A stretch of DNA of 64,000 nucleotides. It comes from Podarcis liolepis. Taxonomy: Eukaryota. The notes beneath the pieces were generated by a model that had not been told where the DNA came from, ran no database searches, and saw only the letters and a list, made by a program, of their open reading frames with translations. Positions within the stretch are counted from its first letter, which is position 1. Every line of letters begins with the position of its first letter. The stretch lies in the NCBI GenBank assembly GCA_965112155.1, contig OZ218114.1, one strand, 5' to 3'. Both the position numbers and the translations under genes were made by a program. Below, in pieces: positions 63,825 through 64,000 of the stretch.

Positions 63825-64000
63825 CTGGGCCACGATCGCTGGCAGGGGAGATGGCGCCTCCCTCGCTCGCTCGCACTCCCCATCTGCGCCCGACACAGAA
63901 CCCTGCTAGGTCTTCCATGGCGGAATAAATGAATGTTTGCAAAGCACTTTTGAGACCTGGGGCGGAAGGTGTTGGCGCTCCACGAGAGGCAGCCTCCGTC
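63825..64000. promoter_or_regulatory. CpG-rich patch, possible edge of a third CpG island
   Basis: CpG density rises at the window end (CACGATCGC, CTCGCTCGCTCGC, GGGCGGAAG). Truncated by the window. Confidence 0.4.

Overview
This is vertebrate genomic DNA. The repeat content (Squam3-like SINEs, L2/CR1/L1 LINE relics, Penelope-like ends, hAT/Tc1/Harbinger MITEs) points to a squamate, probably a lacertid lizard; that assignment is inference. The window holds the 5' end of DSCAML1 on the minus strand. Coding exon 1 (50192-50141, signal peptide) lies in a CpG island, exon 2 (39804-39487) encodes Ig1, and exon 3 (36598-36452) encodes the first half of Ig2. All junctions are GT-AG and phase 1. Positions 1-36451 are part of the very long intron 3, and exon 4 is not in the window. 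Almost all other ORFs in the track are chance frames or transposon debris. I found no convincing new multi-gene system. The best unexplained signals are: (1) a perfect 40-bp inverted repeat about 1 kb upstream of the DSCAML1 start codon; (2) a second CpG island at about 53.8-54.7 kb with strong splice donors and no assignable gene; (3) an out-of-frame ATG 5 nt upstream of the DSCAML1 start codon; (4) a solo LTR with a perfect 5-bp TSD and several intact MITEs with TSDs. Repeat family names come from remembered consensus patterns, not from a database search.
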